Source: the human T2T-CHM13v2.0 reference genome, Homo sapiens. From it: DNA of 64,000 bases. Within the stretch, counting starts at the first letter, position 1; each line of letters begins with the position of its first letter. Both the position numbers and the translations under genes were made by a program. Below are positions 40,601 through 54,331 of the stretch, one piece after another. Location: assembly GCF_009914755.1 (NCBI RefSeq), contig NC_060926.1. One strand, given 5' to 3'. Under the pieces are notes generated by a model. It was given only the letters and a program-made list of their open reading frames with translations, did not search any database and was not told the DNA's origin.

Positions 40601-42418
40601 TAGCTAGGAAAGGGGCTGGGGGAGGAATGGCTTCCTGCAGGCTGCAGACCACAGCAAGGGGTTGGTGTGCACACAAAGCAGTGTGTGGTTCTGGTGAGTC
40701 CTGAGGATGAAGCCAAACCCAGAACCCAAGGGCTGTCAGACCACACCCAAGATCAGTGGTGATACTGATTGTCACTCAGTGGAGACACTAAGTGTCTCCA
40801 TAAGGAAGATGATTCCCATCTTGGAGAGATCAGAGTCAAGCAGAAGGCGTGGGTGAGCCTGGCAGGGTGCAGCATGAGGGGCCACAGCCAGAGGGGCAAT
40901 GAGAGCCAACTGTGAAGGTGAGGGGGCATCATCAGTTCTAGAAGGTCCACACAGTCCATCTATGCTTCTGCAGCACGCAGAATACCATCACGGCCACGAT
41001 TTCCTTGAGTTTTAGCTTCCGTCCTCTGCTCTGATTTTTTGCATTTTTCCTGGTGTAGATAGATGCTAAGAGGCAAGTACTGTGATTTCGCAGGACTCTT
41101 CAGGGGCTGATATTCCCAAAGGTCTTCATTTTCTGCAGAGATCTTCGTTCAGCTCTTCTCTATGTCTCATTACCTGTACACCTGCTGCTGCTTTTCAGGA
41201 CCTAGATCATAGTTCTGGGCTATGGAGTGGCATAAAATAGTGATAAGTAGATCCCTGCAGCTTCAAAATAAATGTTGAAATAAATAGGGAAATAACATGA
41301 AAATTCAGAGTGTGTGTCACATAGGCTAGAATCGTTTGGGGGATTCGATGAAATGATGTGTATGGAGGGTATAACGGTCTAGGTGCAATCAGGTAAGATA
41401 CACCACATGATAGGTTAAATAAAAAATGTGAATGCATTATAAAATGTATTAACTATAATAAAGGCATAACTATAAGATATAAGGAAACTCTCTATGTACC
41501 CTAGGGCTGAGGGAGGGCCCCCAAGGAAGGACACGCTTGGGAGGGGTTCACCTTTTACTGGAGAAGGTGTGGACTGGCCACTGGGTAGCAGAGAAGTTGG
41601 CTGCTTTATCCAGACTGGAGTTGGTCTGGAGTTGGTGGGCAAACAATCGACCACCCTCCGGAAGGCAGGCAGGGCCAGACATCAGTCAGCAATCCCTGTG
41701 CCAGGGCTGCAGTGGGAGCCTGCACTTGGGAGATGGCAGAGAATCTTCAGAGGAGCAGGCTGCATGGGAGGACGGGGAGAAGGCTCTCAGAGCGTGGGCT
41801 GCTCGGGTGGAGCCCTGGGCCACAGACATGTGGCACGTGGGTCATGCTGGGGCTTTTTGCAGACAGGTTATCACCAGGCCAAAGCCGCAGGGTTGCAGAG
41901 GGATCACTTTCAGAGCCTGTGGCTCAGGCAGGATCCGCTGGAGTTCCTCACACCCACGTGGCTGACTCTCCCCACAGGCCCCAGAAAAACTGCAGGAAGG
42001 CCCTTCTGCCTGCACCTGAATGTCCTTTCTAGGCCCTCTACGGACAGAGCTTAACTAGGTGCTCACTTTAAGGAAAAATTGCTTAAAGGAATTCCATTGT
42101 CTATTATAGAACACAAATGGAAGGGTTCATTTGGAGTCTAGAGGCAATAAATTAACTGCCACTGAAAGCTTTGCAAAGAGACAGGCACGTAGTAGGTGCT
42201 CAGTGATTGGAAGTTGTGAGTATTACACTTTTTATTCAGTGAAACTGTGTACATCTAAATTATTGGGAATACAGTTAAAAGGCAGTCATCTTAGTATTTT
42301 TTGTTGTGTAATTTATTTTTGTGTATTACTTAACTAGACACAAAGCTGAGAATGTGCATGCAAAGTGTTCCTAGTTTCTATTCATAATTCATATTTGTTT
42401 ACTCTCTTTTTTGCCTAG

Positions 42419-42678
42419 GTCTTATACAATATGTTAATTGCCTTTACAAAGATGCATAAATTTGAAGACATAGAAACTGTCGACATTTTGGCTGGATGTG
42501 CCCGATTCATCGTTGTGGGGCTTGGAGGGGTATTGTTTGGCATCGTTTTTGGATTTATTTCTGCATTTATCACACGTTTCACTCAGAATATCTCTGCAAT
42601 TGAGCCACTCATCGTCTTCATGTTCAGCTATTTGTCTTACTTAGCTGCTGAAACCCTCTATCTCTCCGGCATCCTGGC
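42419..42678 (+). CDS. SLC9A4: SLC9A4 coding exon 3
   Basis: Acceptor ttttttgcctag|; encodes [11 protein letters not shown]...[26 protein letters not shown]. Donor |gtgagt; 260 nt. Confidence 0.98.
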
Positions 42679-42897
42679 GTGAGTACAAACCAAGGATCAA
42701 GTCACATAGTAATAGAAAGAAAGTTTAGAACCACATCACATGAGCCAGGCATCTGGGAAAGACATAACCAATGACGCTAACCCTCCAACATGTTGCAGAT
42801 TTAGGATCTTCTAAACTTTTATGAAACCTGATTCGGGTTCTTTGTCAAACCAACGTTCTCTCCAATGCCTGCCTTCATCTTCTTGTGATTTGCCTGA

Positions 42898-43288
<391 letters not shown>

Positions 43289-44224
43289 GAAAAGTTAATT
43301 TTAAAGTTGAAGAGAGGCATGCACGAGGGACTGACATTCCTGGGCTCTGCCTTCTGCTGTGCCCCTCAAACCACATCACACAGCCATGGCTCTTCAGTGT
43401 GTGATGAAACTAGACAGATGGGATAAGACTAGAAATCTACATTTCCTTGCTCTAATGAAAATATTTTTGAAATGCTTATCCTTATGTCCTTGTATCCTTG
43501 AGATGTTTATCTTTGAATGAGGCTTCTCAGCTTGGCTTATTATATCTGATGATGTTGTTTTCTGTACGGCATTATCTTTCTTTCCAGCTATTCAGGCAGA
43601 TACATTTAATTTTATTGTAGAGAAATACCTCTTTCAATTAAATGTGATAGTGTAAACTCTAGGCATCTGTCACTTTCCCACCTGGAAAATGATCAAAACT
43701 TCTAAGACAAGGCAAGTTTCTTTCTCTTTCCCATACTTGCTTAATGGCTCTAGAACAGAAATATTTGAAATAAAGCCAATAAAAAAGAACCTTGCATTGT
43801 CTTAGAAGTTTTGATCATTTATGGTTGGATTGGAGGAAATGAGAACCTTGAAGAATTATTCTGTTATTTTGGTTTAAGGCAGAGTAACGCAGAGAGTGTG
43901 AGTTGGGACTGACAAACTCTTCATGAAGAGGGCAAGAGGGAAGCATTCTGCATTGGGTGTGCCCATGCGAATTACGTGTCCTTTTATTTCACCGTGCCAC
44001 GCCCACCTTCCCACCACATTCACCTTTACCTTGTAAAGATCTCTTAGGGAGGGAAAAGAGGGAGAAAGAAAATCTGCGGAAAATCTGCAGCCACAGAAGG
44101 GAATAAGGGAGATATTCCTGCATCAACACGGGCTTCATGCATCTGTGGCATTGCCTGTGGGGAGGGCGTTTTGTGGAGGGGGAAAACCTCATGGATTTTC
44201 TCTGAGACTCTGCTCCTTTTATAG

Positions 44225-44442
44225 AATCACAGCCTGCGCAGTAACAATGAAAAAGTACGTGGAAGAAAACGTGTCCCAGACATCATACACGACCATCAAG
44301 TACTTCATGAAGATGCTGAGCAGCGTCAGCGAGACCTTGATCTTCATCTTCATGGGTGTGTCCACTGTGGGCAAGAATCACGAGTGGAACTGGGCCTTCA
44401 TCTGCTTCACCCTGGCCTTCTGCCAAATCTGGAGAGCCATCA
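44225..44442 (+). CDS. SLC9A4: SLC9A4 coding exon 4
   Basis: Acceptor ccttttatag|; encodes [44 protein letters not shown]...WRAI. Donor |gtaaga; 218 nt. Confidence 0.98.
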
Positions 44443-45479
44443 GTAAGAGACGGCAGGGCTCCAGAGTCTCCGGTCCTGCTGCATTTTCAGTTCTCTTATT
44501 CCCTTCCGCAATGTTAAAACTGGAGGACTGAGTAGATGCTAACTGGTTTTACCGGTTAGGGTAGACTAGGAACCTGGTCGTGAGCAGGAATCTTTTCTGT
44601 TTGTTCCCTCAGTCAGCTCAAAGTAATTAGTGGTTGATAAGGTTCTGCATTGAAGCAAGGCTGGGGCAAGGAGTACTTTTTTTTAATTGAAGAAAGAAGT
44701 TTCACATCTACCTATTTAAATATAATTCAGTCAATGGAAAAATACATGTTTGTTACTTTTTATTTGGAGTTGCACCAATGTTTTTGGTTCCTAAGACCAA
44801 CATATCCCTTGCTCTTCACTTCTTTGCAGATTTGTATCCTCTTGCACCTTAAATCAGATATGGATTATAAACTGTGGGCATTTATTTACACTTTCACTAT
44901 AGGATAAGTGAGATCTCACAAATTGTATTCTATGGAAGACAAATACTGATAGAAAACATCCCCCTAAATAGTATAGGTGGTTTCATTTGAGGGTTGAGTG
45001 CATGAATGTGTGATGTATAGCAAACAAACAAATCAGAAAGTGAATATTTTTAAAAGAGCTTCGTATTAATTAGTAAGAACAACTTTAGAGTGTAACTGGC
45101 ATCACACCTGTAAAATGTAACTAATCTTTTAAAATGAGAACTAGTGGCTGATGATTTATCTTGTACATTTATGTTTCAGGAGCTAGAAAAGAACATTAAG
45201 CACTGAACTACAATATATGTGTTGCCTTTTGATTAAAAGCAAATCTATTTTTAAGTGACTTGACTAATATTTGAAGCGTTATGTTAAATGACTTTGACCA
45301 ATATTTTCAAGCCAATTACTCAAAGAGAAATTAGGTGAAATGGCTGATAACCTATCTTGAACATATTAATTCCAAATTCATTTAGGATGGGTTTTAGGCT
45401 CTAGAGGAGATTAACAGGAATACAGAAATATTAAAATATCTATAAGTAACTCTGAATATATATGTTTGTTGGGCTCCTT

Positions 45480-46160
45480 GGGGGAGAATAGAGGAAGCTG
45501 TGATACAAGTTTATTATCTTAAATCATTATCACCGGCCTTATTACAAACTAGCTGTTTGATCTTGGACAGACATGTAACTACTCAAAATCGTCTCCCTCA
45601 ACCACAGAATGATGGATTTGAACAAATTTCTTAGTTCCCTTTCAGTTCTAATACTCTGGGACTCTGGGAATCTACAGGGGAGTAGAGCTAATGCCAAGAG
45701 AAGTAAAATTACAGAGCTTTAGCCGAGCCAAAAAGAAAAGAAACTACCTAGGAGAGGATTTATATTGCAGGAACCTCAACATTGTTAATCCTTCATGATC
45801 CAGCTCAACCCCATACTCTTACAGTTGAGGAAACTGATGGAAAAACCACCAAAACAGTGACAAAATTGGCCACATCACAGCAATTGACAGAGCCAGGTGT
45901 TGGAATCCGGTTCTCCCGCTCATAGCCTGTTCTCTTCCCACCCTGACTCATCACAACTAATAGTAGTTCACACTCGCGAAGGCTTGCTACATAAAAGGCT
46001 GCATCTTATGTTATTTATGGATGTTAAATTTATTTAACCCTTACATTCACATTCTGAGAGAAAAGCTATGGCTACCCCATCAAGCAGATGAGGAGTCTGA
46101 GGACAGGAAATGGTTAAGAACCTCGCTCAAGGTCACATGACTGGCATGGAGAGGAACCAG
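45480..46160. mobile_element. Cluster of MIR fragments
   Basis: MIR core motifs: tgatcttggacag; acagttgaggaaactga; cagatgaggagtctgagg...ctcaaggtcacatgactgg. Confidence 0.6.
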
Positions 46161-47049
46161 GACAAACACAACAATATTTTAAAAAGTAAATTCACTTATC
46201 TTTTGCACTATCCATGTGCCTATTATCAAAGAATGCTTGCTGGCAAGTCTGTGTGACGAGACGCACATGAGGATGTGGAGAGTTTTATTCTACGAAGTGA
46301 AACTCTTCTTTGATTCATCAGAGCTTTAGTGAGGACCTTTCCTAGCAGGCACCACTGCATTGGTGGTACCTAGGTTATGTGAGCCGCTTGGGGATGAAAA
46401 CCAATGTGGTAGAAAACTCCTCTATGTTTCAAGCAAGCTCTTCCACCCTAAACCTTCTGTTTGAGAAGCTCACTGAGAGTAAGAAGCGCCCACTCACCCC
46501 CCAACCCTTGCCAACTTCCTTCTTTGCTTGCATTGAACCTCAAGAGGGACAAGCCAACAGTAAGGGATTTGATTGTAGAGACCACGGTCTCTAAGAGGAC
46601 CCCTCTCATTTTTAAATTACAGACCTCCTTTGGATACCCAATGAGAATATGAGATGATAAGAATGCATTTATCCCCCCACCCACTCAACAATATCCTTGC
46701 TTTGACTAGTTTTGAAAGGTGGGACAAAAATTATGAATATAGATTAGAAAATATATACCTTACATTAACAAAATCAAGATTTTATTAATTTAAACACATA
46801 AATGCAGGCACATACACACAACACATGCCAATAAACTGTAGCGAAGATTCCCACTTGAAGTGCTACTGTCTCACAACTATCAAAGTGAGAAGCCATAAAA
46901 GATACTCTACCTGGGATAGACAATCATGGGTGTATGATGGAATTAGGCTGCATTGTTTGCAGGGCACGCGCACACAACCTCAGTTCACTAGCTCTGTATC
47001 TCTGCTCGTTCATGATCCTCTGCTCTAATACACGTTTCCCCCTTTCTAG

Positions 47050-47252
47050 GCGTATTTGCTCTCTTCTATATCAGTAACCAGTTTCGGACTTTCCCCTTCT
47101 CCATCAAGGACCAGTGCATCATTTTCTACAGTGGTGTTCGAGGAGCTGGAAGTTTTTCACTTGCATTTTTGCTTCCTCTGTCTCTTTTTCCTAGGAAGAA
47201 AATGTTTGTCACTGCTACTCTAGTAGTTATATACTTTACTGTATTTATTCAG
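47050..47252 (+). CDS. SLC9A4: SLC9A4 coding exon 5
   Basis: Acceptor cctttctag|; translated by hand as [43 protein letters not shown]...YFTVFIQ (NHE 'GxRGA' motif). Donor |gtaagt; 203 nt. Confidence 0.97.
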
Positions 47253-47817
47253 GTAAGTAGATTTCCCTTATATTTAAATAAATAGGTTATTTCAGGACAA
47301 TGTAGTAAATTAGTAAAATACAAATAAAGGCATTTTATCTGATTTTCAGATCTGTGCTCAATACCCAAACTAAATTTCCGGAGATTTCTAGATCATGTTT
47401 GTGACCATCCTTTAACTTCTAAAATGTATTGCCTTTTAATCAATACAGCATATTTATCAAAAGATTCCTGAGTAACAGGTGACTAATAGTCACTCCATAT
47501 TTCTGAAAATGAGATTCCAATTAGTACTACGTAGCACAAGTTTTTGTTTTAGTTGGAGTTAGCTCTTAATGAACTAATGAAAGATTATTTTAATGGGTGA
47601 AACCAAATTCCTATATTAACATACAGGCATGATATCTATTTTTATTGCAGTACTTAAAGGAATGGAAAACTGAAATGAACATTGCAGCATTTACTCTGTA
47701 ATAGCTAGTACAAAAACATATAGATTGGACATTCTAATAGTTTTGTTAATAAATTTGCTCTCTCTAGTGACAGTCTTCATTACAACAAAACCCTTTGTTT
47801 TGTTATTTCTGATCTAG

Positions 47818-47904
47818 GGAATCACAGTTGGCCCTCTGGTCAGGTACCTGGATGTTAAAAAAACCAATAAAAAAGAATCCATCAATGAAGAGCTTCATAT
47901 TCGT
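47818..47904 (+). CDS. SLC9A4: SLC9A4 coding exon 6
   Basis: Acceptor gatctag|; encodes [29 protein letters not shown]. Donor |gtaagt; 87 nt, phase 0-0. Confidence 0.96.
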
Positions 47905-48022
47905 GTAAGTTATCTCATAGTCACAATTAATAAATTAACAAGACATTTCCCCTTTGTCACCATGAGACATGTGCACGTGTCACTAGACTTCCTCTTTCCT
48001 TCCCCACTCTGCCAAGAGTGAC

Positions 48023-49110
48023 TGTATAAGTTTCCTATGGCTGCTGTAGGAAATTGCCACAAACTTAGTGCTTAAAACAATGCAGATCTATTGTCTTATA
48101 GTTCTGGAGGTCGGAAGTTCAAAATCCAGTTGTTGCAGGGCTGCGCTCCTTTCTGGAGGCCCTGGGGAGAATCTGTTTCCTCACCTCCCACAGCTTCCAG
48201 AGGCTGCCTGTGTTCCTTGGCCCATGGCCCCTTCCATCTTCAGAGCCTGCAAAGGCTGCATCCCTCCAACAATGATCCTTCTGCCTCCCTCTTCCACACT
48301 GAAGGAGCTTTATGATCCCACTGCAGCCACGTGGATAGTTCAGGAGACTGTCTCCAGCTTAAGGTCAGCTGATTAGCAACCTTAAGTCCATCTGCCACTT
48401 AATCCTCCTTTAAACTAAACTACCATATTCACAAGTTCTGGGGATTAAGACATGGATATCTTTGCAAGGTCATTGTTCTCCCTACCACAGTCTGCCGTCT
48501 GTCTCCCAAAGATTCATATCTGTTCCACATGCAAAATATCTTCCTTCTATCCCAATACCCCAAAAGTCTCAATACACTGCATCATCAATTCAAAATCCAA
48601 AATATCATCTGAATCTTATCAGTTCAAAAATCCCAAATCTCAATATCTCCATCATCTAGAGCAGGGCTCAGTGAGGCTCTGGGTATAATCTATTCTGAGG
48701 CTCAGTTTCTCTTCATCTATGAATTTGCAAAACTCAGGAAACAAGTTATCTGCTCTTAAAATATATGGTAGGACACTCATTGAATAACAGTTGTAACTGT
48801 TGCCTTTCAAAAAACTATGGAGATAATGGAAGAAAAAAAGGAGTCATCGATACTAAGCAAACTTCAATGTTTCCTGGGCAAGCTCTATTTGGTTCCAAGG
48901 GCTGGGAATCCCCTAATCTCTTGCAACTCTTTGTTCCACCCTCTGGGTTCTCAATTTCACCCTCTGAATCATACTTCCTTTTTTTTTTTTTATAAAGGTA
49001 GCATAAATTTGCAGCTGAGTAATTTTATCAGTCTATTTCTTGCTTATAGAATTGTGAGGGTCCGACATCTTTCTTTCATTTTGTCCTCCTTTTTTGTCCA
49101 AGCTGGTGAT
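48023..49110 (-). mobile_element. MLT1 LTR (48023 to about 48490) with adjoining MLT1 internal sequence
   Basis: tgtataagtttcctatggctgctgtagg...aaacttagtgcttaaaacaa...ttctcctaccaca, followed by internal-like text. Confidence 0.7.
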
Positions 49111-49632
49111 GTTTCCATCAGGGTTCAACAGAGAAGCAGAGCCAGTAGGATGGATGGATATAGATATAGATAGATATAGATATAGATACAGATACGGATA
49201 CGGATACAGATACAGATACAGATACAGATACAGATACAGATACAGATATAGATATAGATATAGATATAGATATAGATATAGGAAGAGATTTGTTGTAAGG
49301 AATTGTTTTTCACTAGTGTTAGGGCTGGCTAGGAAAGCCCAAAATCCAGGGGACAGGCCATCCAGAAGAGCAGGCTGGAACCCTCAGGCATGAGCCAAAG
49401 CTGCTGTCTACAAGTAGGATTTTTTCTTCATCAGGGAAGCCTCAGGCCTGTTCTTAAGACATTTCAACTGAATCAGTCCCACCCAGATTATCTGGGGTCA
49501 TCTCCCTTAAGACAACTGATTATGGACTTTAATCAGATCTATAAAATACATTTACAGCAACATCTAGAGTACTGTTTGATTGAATAACCGGGGACTTGCC
49601 TGTCTAAATTGATACCTCAAAATACTATCACA
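49110..49632 (-). mobile_element. MLT2-type ERVL LTR
   Basis: cagggttcaacagagaagcagagccagtagga...cccacccagattat...tgtttgattgaataac...actatcaca. Confidence 0.8.
49157..49280. repeat. Compound hexamer repeat (GATATA/GATACA/GATACG)n
   Basis: Read directly from the sequence; lies inside the MLT2 LTR. Confidence 0.96.
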
Positions 49633-51173
49633 GTGACTAACATTCAAAATTGTCCTGTTTGTTTCTAAAATCACCGTTCCAATGAAATATGGGGTCCTCT
49701 GCCCTTTTTGAATATAGGAGGGGCAAAGGGTATTACTTCTTTTGCAAACATGGCCGAGTGGCAGATTTTAGTGAAAACATCCCAGTCAGGCAAAGATGAA
49801 TATGACACTGGGCATGGTTTCTATTTGTTTGTTCAAGTTCAGCACAACATTGAAGGGATACCACTGTGTACAGCTCCAAGGAATAGAAATGAGAACTAAT
49901 GTCTGAAGGGTTATAGGTGGAGACTTCAACTCAGTTAATGAAAGAGCATTCTGACAATCATTTCCTGATTGGCACACCCGAAGCTGAAGTGGATGTGTCT
50001 AACCAGTGATTGGGAACATGTGGCATAGTTGCTGCACATGAGATTCAAGCTTTGAGGAGATAGTTGAACTTGAAAAATTTTAGGTTTCCTCTATCCCTGA
50101 GAATTCACCATTTTAATACTAGAGAAACTGATGAATGATGAAGTCTTCCAAAATCTACCCTAAAGTTCATGGTCAAAGTGACCTAGGAAATTTGGTTATT
50201 TAAATTCCAGGAAATCCTAATGAAAAATTTTCAAGGCCATTTGAAAATAATTAACAGATAAGGATAAGTAGTGACTGTTTTAAAACATGTAACAACTTAA
50301 CATCTATCTTTATCTCCTATGATTTATTATTTCGACATATTGCATAATCCACCTAAGTCCATGGAACTTGGATATTTCACTCTTCTCTCATTTATTTTTC
50401 TTTTCCTCAAAAAAGTTATAATTTTTGGTAGAAGGTAGTGAATTAATTATTTAATAATTAATTTAATATTTCAAACTATTTTTCAAAACAAAATTCAGAA
50501 GCCAGTATAGACTTCAATAATTTCAAATTTAAAATATTTGGAGACTAATTTCATAATTATTTTGAAGATTGCACTTTTTCCTAAATTTCCATAAACAATT
50601 TGGGTTAAAACAAATGCAATATAATTTGCTTAAGTGGTCATATGTAATTACTCAGATCAAACGAGCATATTAAAATGAGAGATACTTTGTTATTCTATGT
50701 TATAGTAGAATATTAACAGAATTATATTTTCAGAAATTATATGATTGGATAACAGTGTGTTCTTTTCTTCTGCAATGAAATTAAAAGTAAGTTATTACAA
50801 TTATTTAATAATATCTTAAATATGATATATTTTATTATTATTAATTATCCTCCGAGTGATTTCAGTAATGAGAAATTTCCTAGATCATTCTAGAAAAGTA
50901 TTATCCAAAGCAAATGCCAGGTGCCCTGTTTTCATTACGTATTATGTGAATTATGAAGAAACTTATCTACAGAGTCTTTAAACCAAAGTTGAAATTACTA
51001 TGAAATTACTATGAAAGGCACCAAATATTTTATTACATGAACACAGTGATAGAAAGTCAGATAGGCTCCAGAAAATTAAAGGCTCCTTTGTTTTTTAAAG
51101 TGTCTTAGTTGTCCTGTGTGTCTTTCAGAGTTCGCGTTTCTCCAGCAATCATTTTCTTGTGTTTGTTTGGCAG

Positions 51174-51244
51174 CTGATGGATCACTTAAAGGCTGGAATC
51201 GAAGATGTGTGTGGGCACTGGAGTCACTACCAAGTGAGAGACAA
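51174..51244 (+). CDS. SLC9A4: SLC9A4 coding exon 7 (region homologous to the CHP-binding helix of NHE1-3)
   Basis: Acceptor ttggcag|; encodes [24 protein letters not shown]. Donor |gtaagg; 71 nt. Confidence 0.96.
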
Positions 51245-53060
51245 GTAAGGAGGCTGAGGGTTTCACTCCCTGACAAACTTCTAAAGGTTCCATTGGAAGC
51301 TGGGCATAAAATCAGAGAGAATTCAGGGAATGGAGACCAAGAAGATAAAGTGCTCCTGAGCCATCCCCTACAGGAAGTGGTTGAAATTCCAGGGCATGCT
51401 AAGCCTGGAAAATGAAGAATTGTCAGGTGGAAGACGCAGTTGACTTGGTGTAGGTTGTTTCAGAGAGAACTGGTACAGCTAGTGGGTAGAAATTAGAAAA
51501 GTAATATTTAAGTTAAAAACAAGGACAAGGTTCCCAATGATAAGATCAGCTCTACCACGGAATGGCCAGCTTAGAAAAGGAGTTTAGAAAGGGAGCTTGG
51601 TGCCTCCTTAGGAATCCTGGCAAGGGATTCCTCCATTGTTGGGGAGGCCATGGTGGAAGATCTTTAAGATTCTCAAATATAGTAATTCTTTTTTAAAATG
51701 CCCAAATCCCTCTTCTTCACCATATCTCACCTTTCAGAATGTATTGTTTTACTGGACTTAGTTTCCAGTTCAGGAGGGAGGTTGCGGCTAGAGTTGTCAG
51801 TGAGTAGCTGGAAGCTCACTGAGGATGGGGCTCTGAGAAGCTCTCACTCTCGTGGCGCAGGCAAGGAAAAGAAAGTGCGGAAGGAGATTGAGAAGAAGTG
51901 GTCAGAGAGGCTGGCAGCGAAGCACGAGCGAGTCAGGGTGTGGAGGGCGCAGAGGGGAGGACCCAGCACGTCAGGAGACACAAAGCATCCAGTATGGGAA
52001 GAATGAGGGCAGCCTCTGGAGTTGAACAGGGCAAGGTCAAGGCGAGCTCAGTGAGAAGAAAGTCAGGGAGGGTGTTATGGTTGGAGAGGTGATTACCGTG
52101 GGCTGAGAATACACAGGAACCGCGGCTTCTCATGAGGGCAGAAAACTAGAAGACAGAAGATCGACCCAGTTGGAATAAGAGGAGGCCTGGTCTGAGCCGA
52201 GCTGGGACAGCAAAGCTCAGGAAGCCAGCCCCTAACCCTGGAGGGGCTTAGCACCTCACAGACCAGGAAACCAATTGCCAGATAATAAACCAGCAGCCCG
52301 GAAAGCTATGTGCCCCTCTGGAAAATAAAGCAGGCGGGCAAACTACTCTTTGAATGTAAAATGATTGAAAGTGTTGAAAATTCCAACTCCAAACAAATGG
52401 CTGACTCTGAAGGCACCATATGCATAGCGCAGCTCAGTCGAATGGGCTGGCCAGAGGTTCCTTACAATAGTCAGCGGCCATCAGTCTCGCCTATTCAGAA
52501 TCTCCATCATTCAGGCTATTGGGACATACGTAGGGTTTTTTTCTTCCCCTTAATTGGTAGGATTCAAAATGATCTGCAGCATAATGGGGCAAAACTACTG
52601 TAACTACCGGGCCATTTAAACTTATTGGGTTCTGGTTGAATAGGCCAGTATTACTGTAAGTGCAGCTGCCGCTGTTATGCGCTATTAGAATGGAACACTT
52701 ATTCAAAAGCTTCAGCCCCCTCATTTCTTCTCTTACAATTGGAGCTGAGCTGGGCTGGGCCTCCCCCGCGCCTCACTTATGCACACTTTTTGCCCTGATT
52801 GCAGCTTGTCCCTTCCTTTTGTTTAGCTGATTTTCAATGTATTCAGGCCAGTAGGCCATTCTTTTTTTTTATTTTAAAAAATGCATAAATGCTATGAATT
52901 TTTTTAAAAAATGTGTTCAAATGCTATGAATTCCAGGCACTGTCCTGATGTTTCTTCAGAATAAAGTTAAGTAGTAAGTAGTTTGTTTCAAGAGAAATGC
53001 ATACTTAATGTAACACATACAGACGTTCAAGATTTCCAAAATGTTGGTTTTCATTTTTAG

Positions 53061-53222
53061 GTTTAAGAAGTTTGATCATAGATACTTACGGAAAATCCTC
53101 ATCAGAAAGAACCTACCCAAATCAAGCATTGTTTCTTTGTACAAGAAGCTGGAAATGAAGCAAGCCATCGAGATGGTGGAGACTGGGATACTGAGCTCTA
53201 CAGCTTTCTCCATACCCCATCA
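53061..53222 (+). CDS. SLC9A4: SLC9A4 coding exon 8
   Basis: Acceptor catttttag|; encodes [42 protein letters not shown]...IPHQ. Donor |gtgagt; 162 nt, phase 2-2. Confidence 0.96.
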
Positions 53223-54331
53223 GTGAGTCATATCTGTTCTTTGTTCTAAACTTTCACTGTCAGAATTCCAAGGGGCGCTGACTCATTGCCTCATTTAAAG
53301 GTATACGAGGAGTAAAGAGGCAGAAATATAAAGAAGAAATTATTTTTAAAATATGTAATCTAAGTCTTGGCATTTTTATGGCTTGGCCCAAGCTCACATA
53401 TTTTACCTAGTTTCTGAAAATTACTTTCTAGCAAATGTTGCTTCCTTAGAGTTGTATGACATCTTTCTTTGGGAGGGAAGGGCAAGCGAATGTGTAGAAT
53501 TGCAGCATATTTTACAAGACTGTCTCATTTTCCTCTTGACATGACCCCCGTGCATGTGATTCTGTCCTTCCTACCATTATGTTTCTTCCCATAAGCCATT
53601 TCTCTTCCTCTTTTACATGAGAGATGAGTTAACTTTCTGAGATGATAACTTGGATTTGGGAAGGAGTGATGAGAGCAAGAGGTGTGGTCATTGGTGGTCT
53701 ATGTAAAGAGAAAGTTGTGTTTGTAATTGCATCTAAGGCGAAGGTCTACATGAGATTGTGAAATTTGTCTTGAGTCTATGTGAGACCAGCTTGGAGTAGA
53801 AGCAGGGAGTTGCCTGGATTCCTGGGGAACAGGGAGTTGTGGAAGCAGGACATAGGGAGGGGTGATACTGGAATATAAACCCATCATTACAAGACGATTT
53901 TCTATGCAACGTGGTAGAGCCTCTGGTAGCCACTTGTCCCAAGAGCTGGCTAAATACTTCTTAAAGCTGTTTTAACTCTGACATTTAATGAGAGCCCCTT
54001 CAATGTCAAAAGAACTCATTAATTTCCCAAAGATGCCCAGTTTTTCTCCAACAACTGATTTATTGGGAAAATTAATCACAACATATATTTAGGATAAGGA
54101 ACATGGGCCCCCTCCATCCTGTTGTCTTCAGCAGGTAAAAACACTTGATCATATGCTTCAATTATGTCTTCACATTTAAAAAGGAAGTTGGAAGAAGAGC
54201 TAAGAATAGGTAGCAATAAATTTGTCTCTATTGCCTGAGTGTTATTTCTGAGATAACACCTTCATCCCTTGCCTGCTAATAAATCAGAAACACCCTTGCA
54301 TTTCTTACATGGCCTGAGAAGAATCCTAACT

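Noticed and set aside
41494-42054. Three overlapping ORFs of 106-186 aa in a GC-rich patch of intron 2
   Set aside because: No recognisable domain or splice structure; long ORFs in all frames are expected from stop-poor GC-rich sequence.
47860-48020. AATAAA in exon 6 and early intron 6 suggesting a truncated membrane-domain-only isoform
   Set aside because: AATAAA is frequent in AT-rich sequence, the exonic copy is explained by Asn-Lys codons, and the donor is strong.
49094-49393. ORF with an (RY)n dipeptide
   Set aside because: Translation of the GATATA/GATACA microsatellite.
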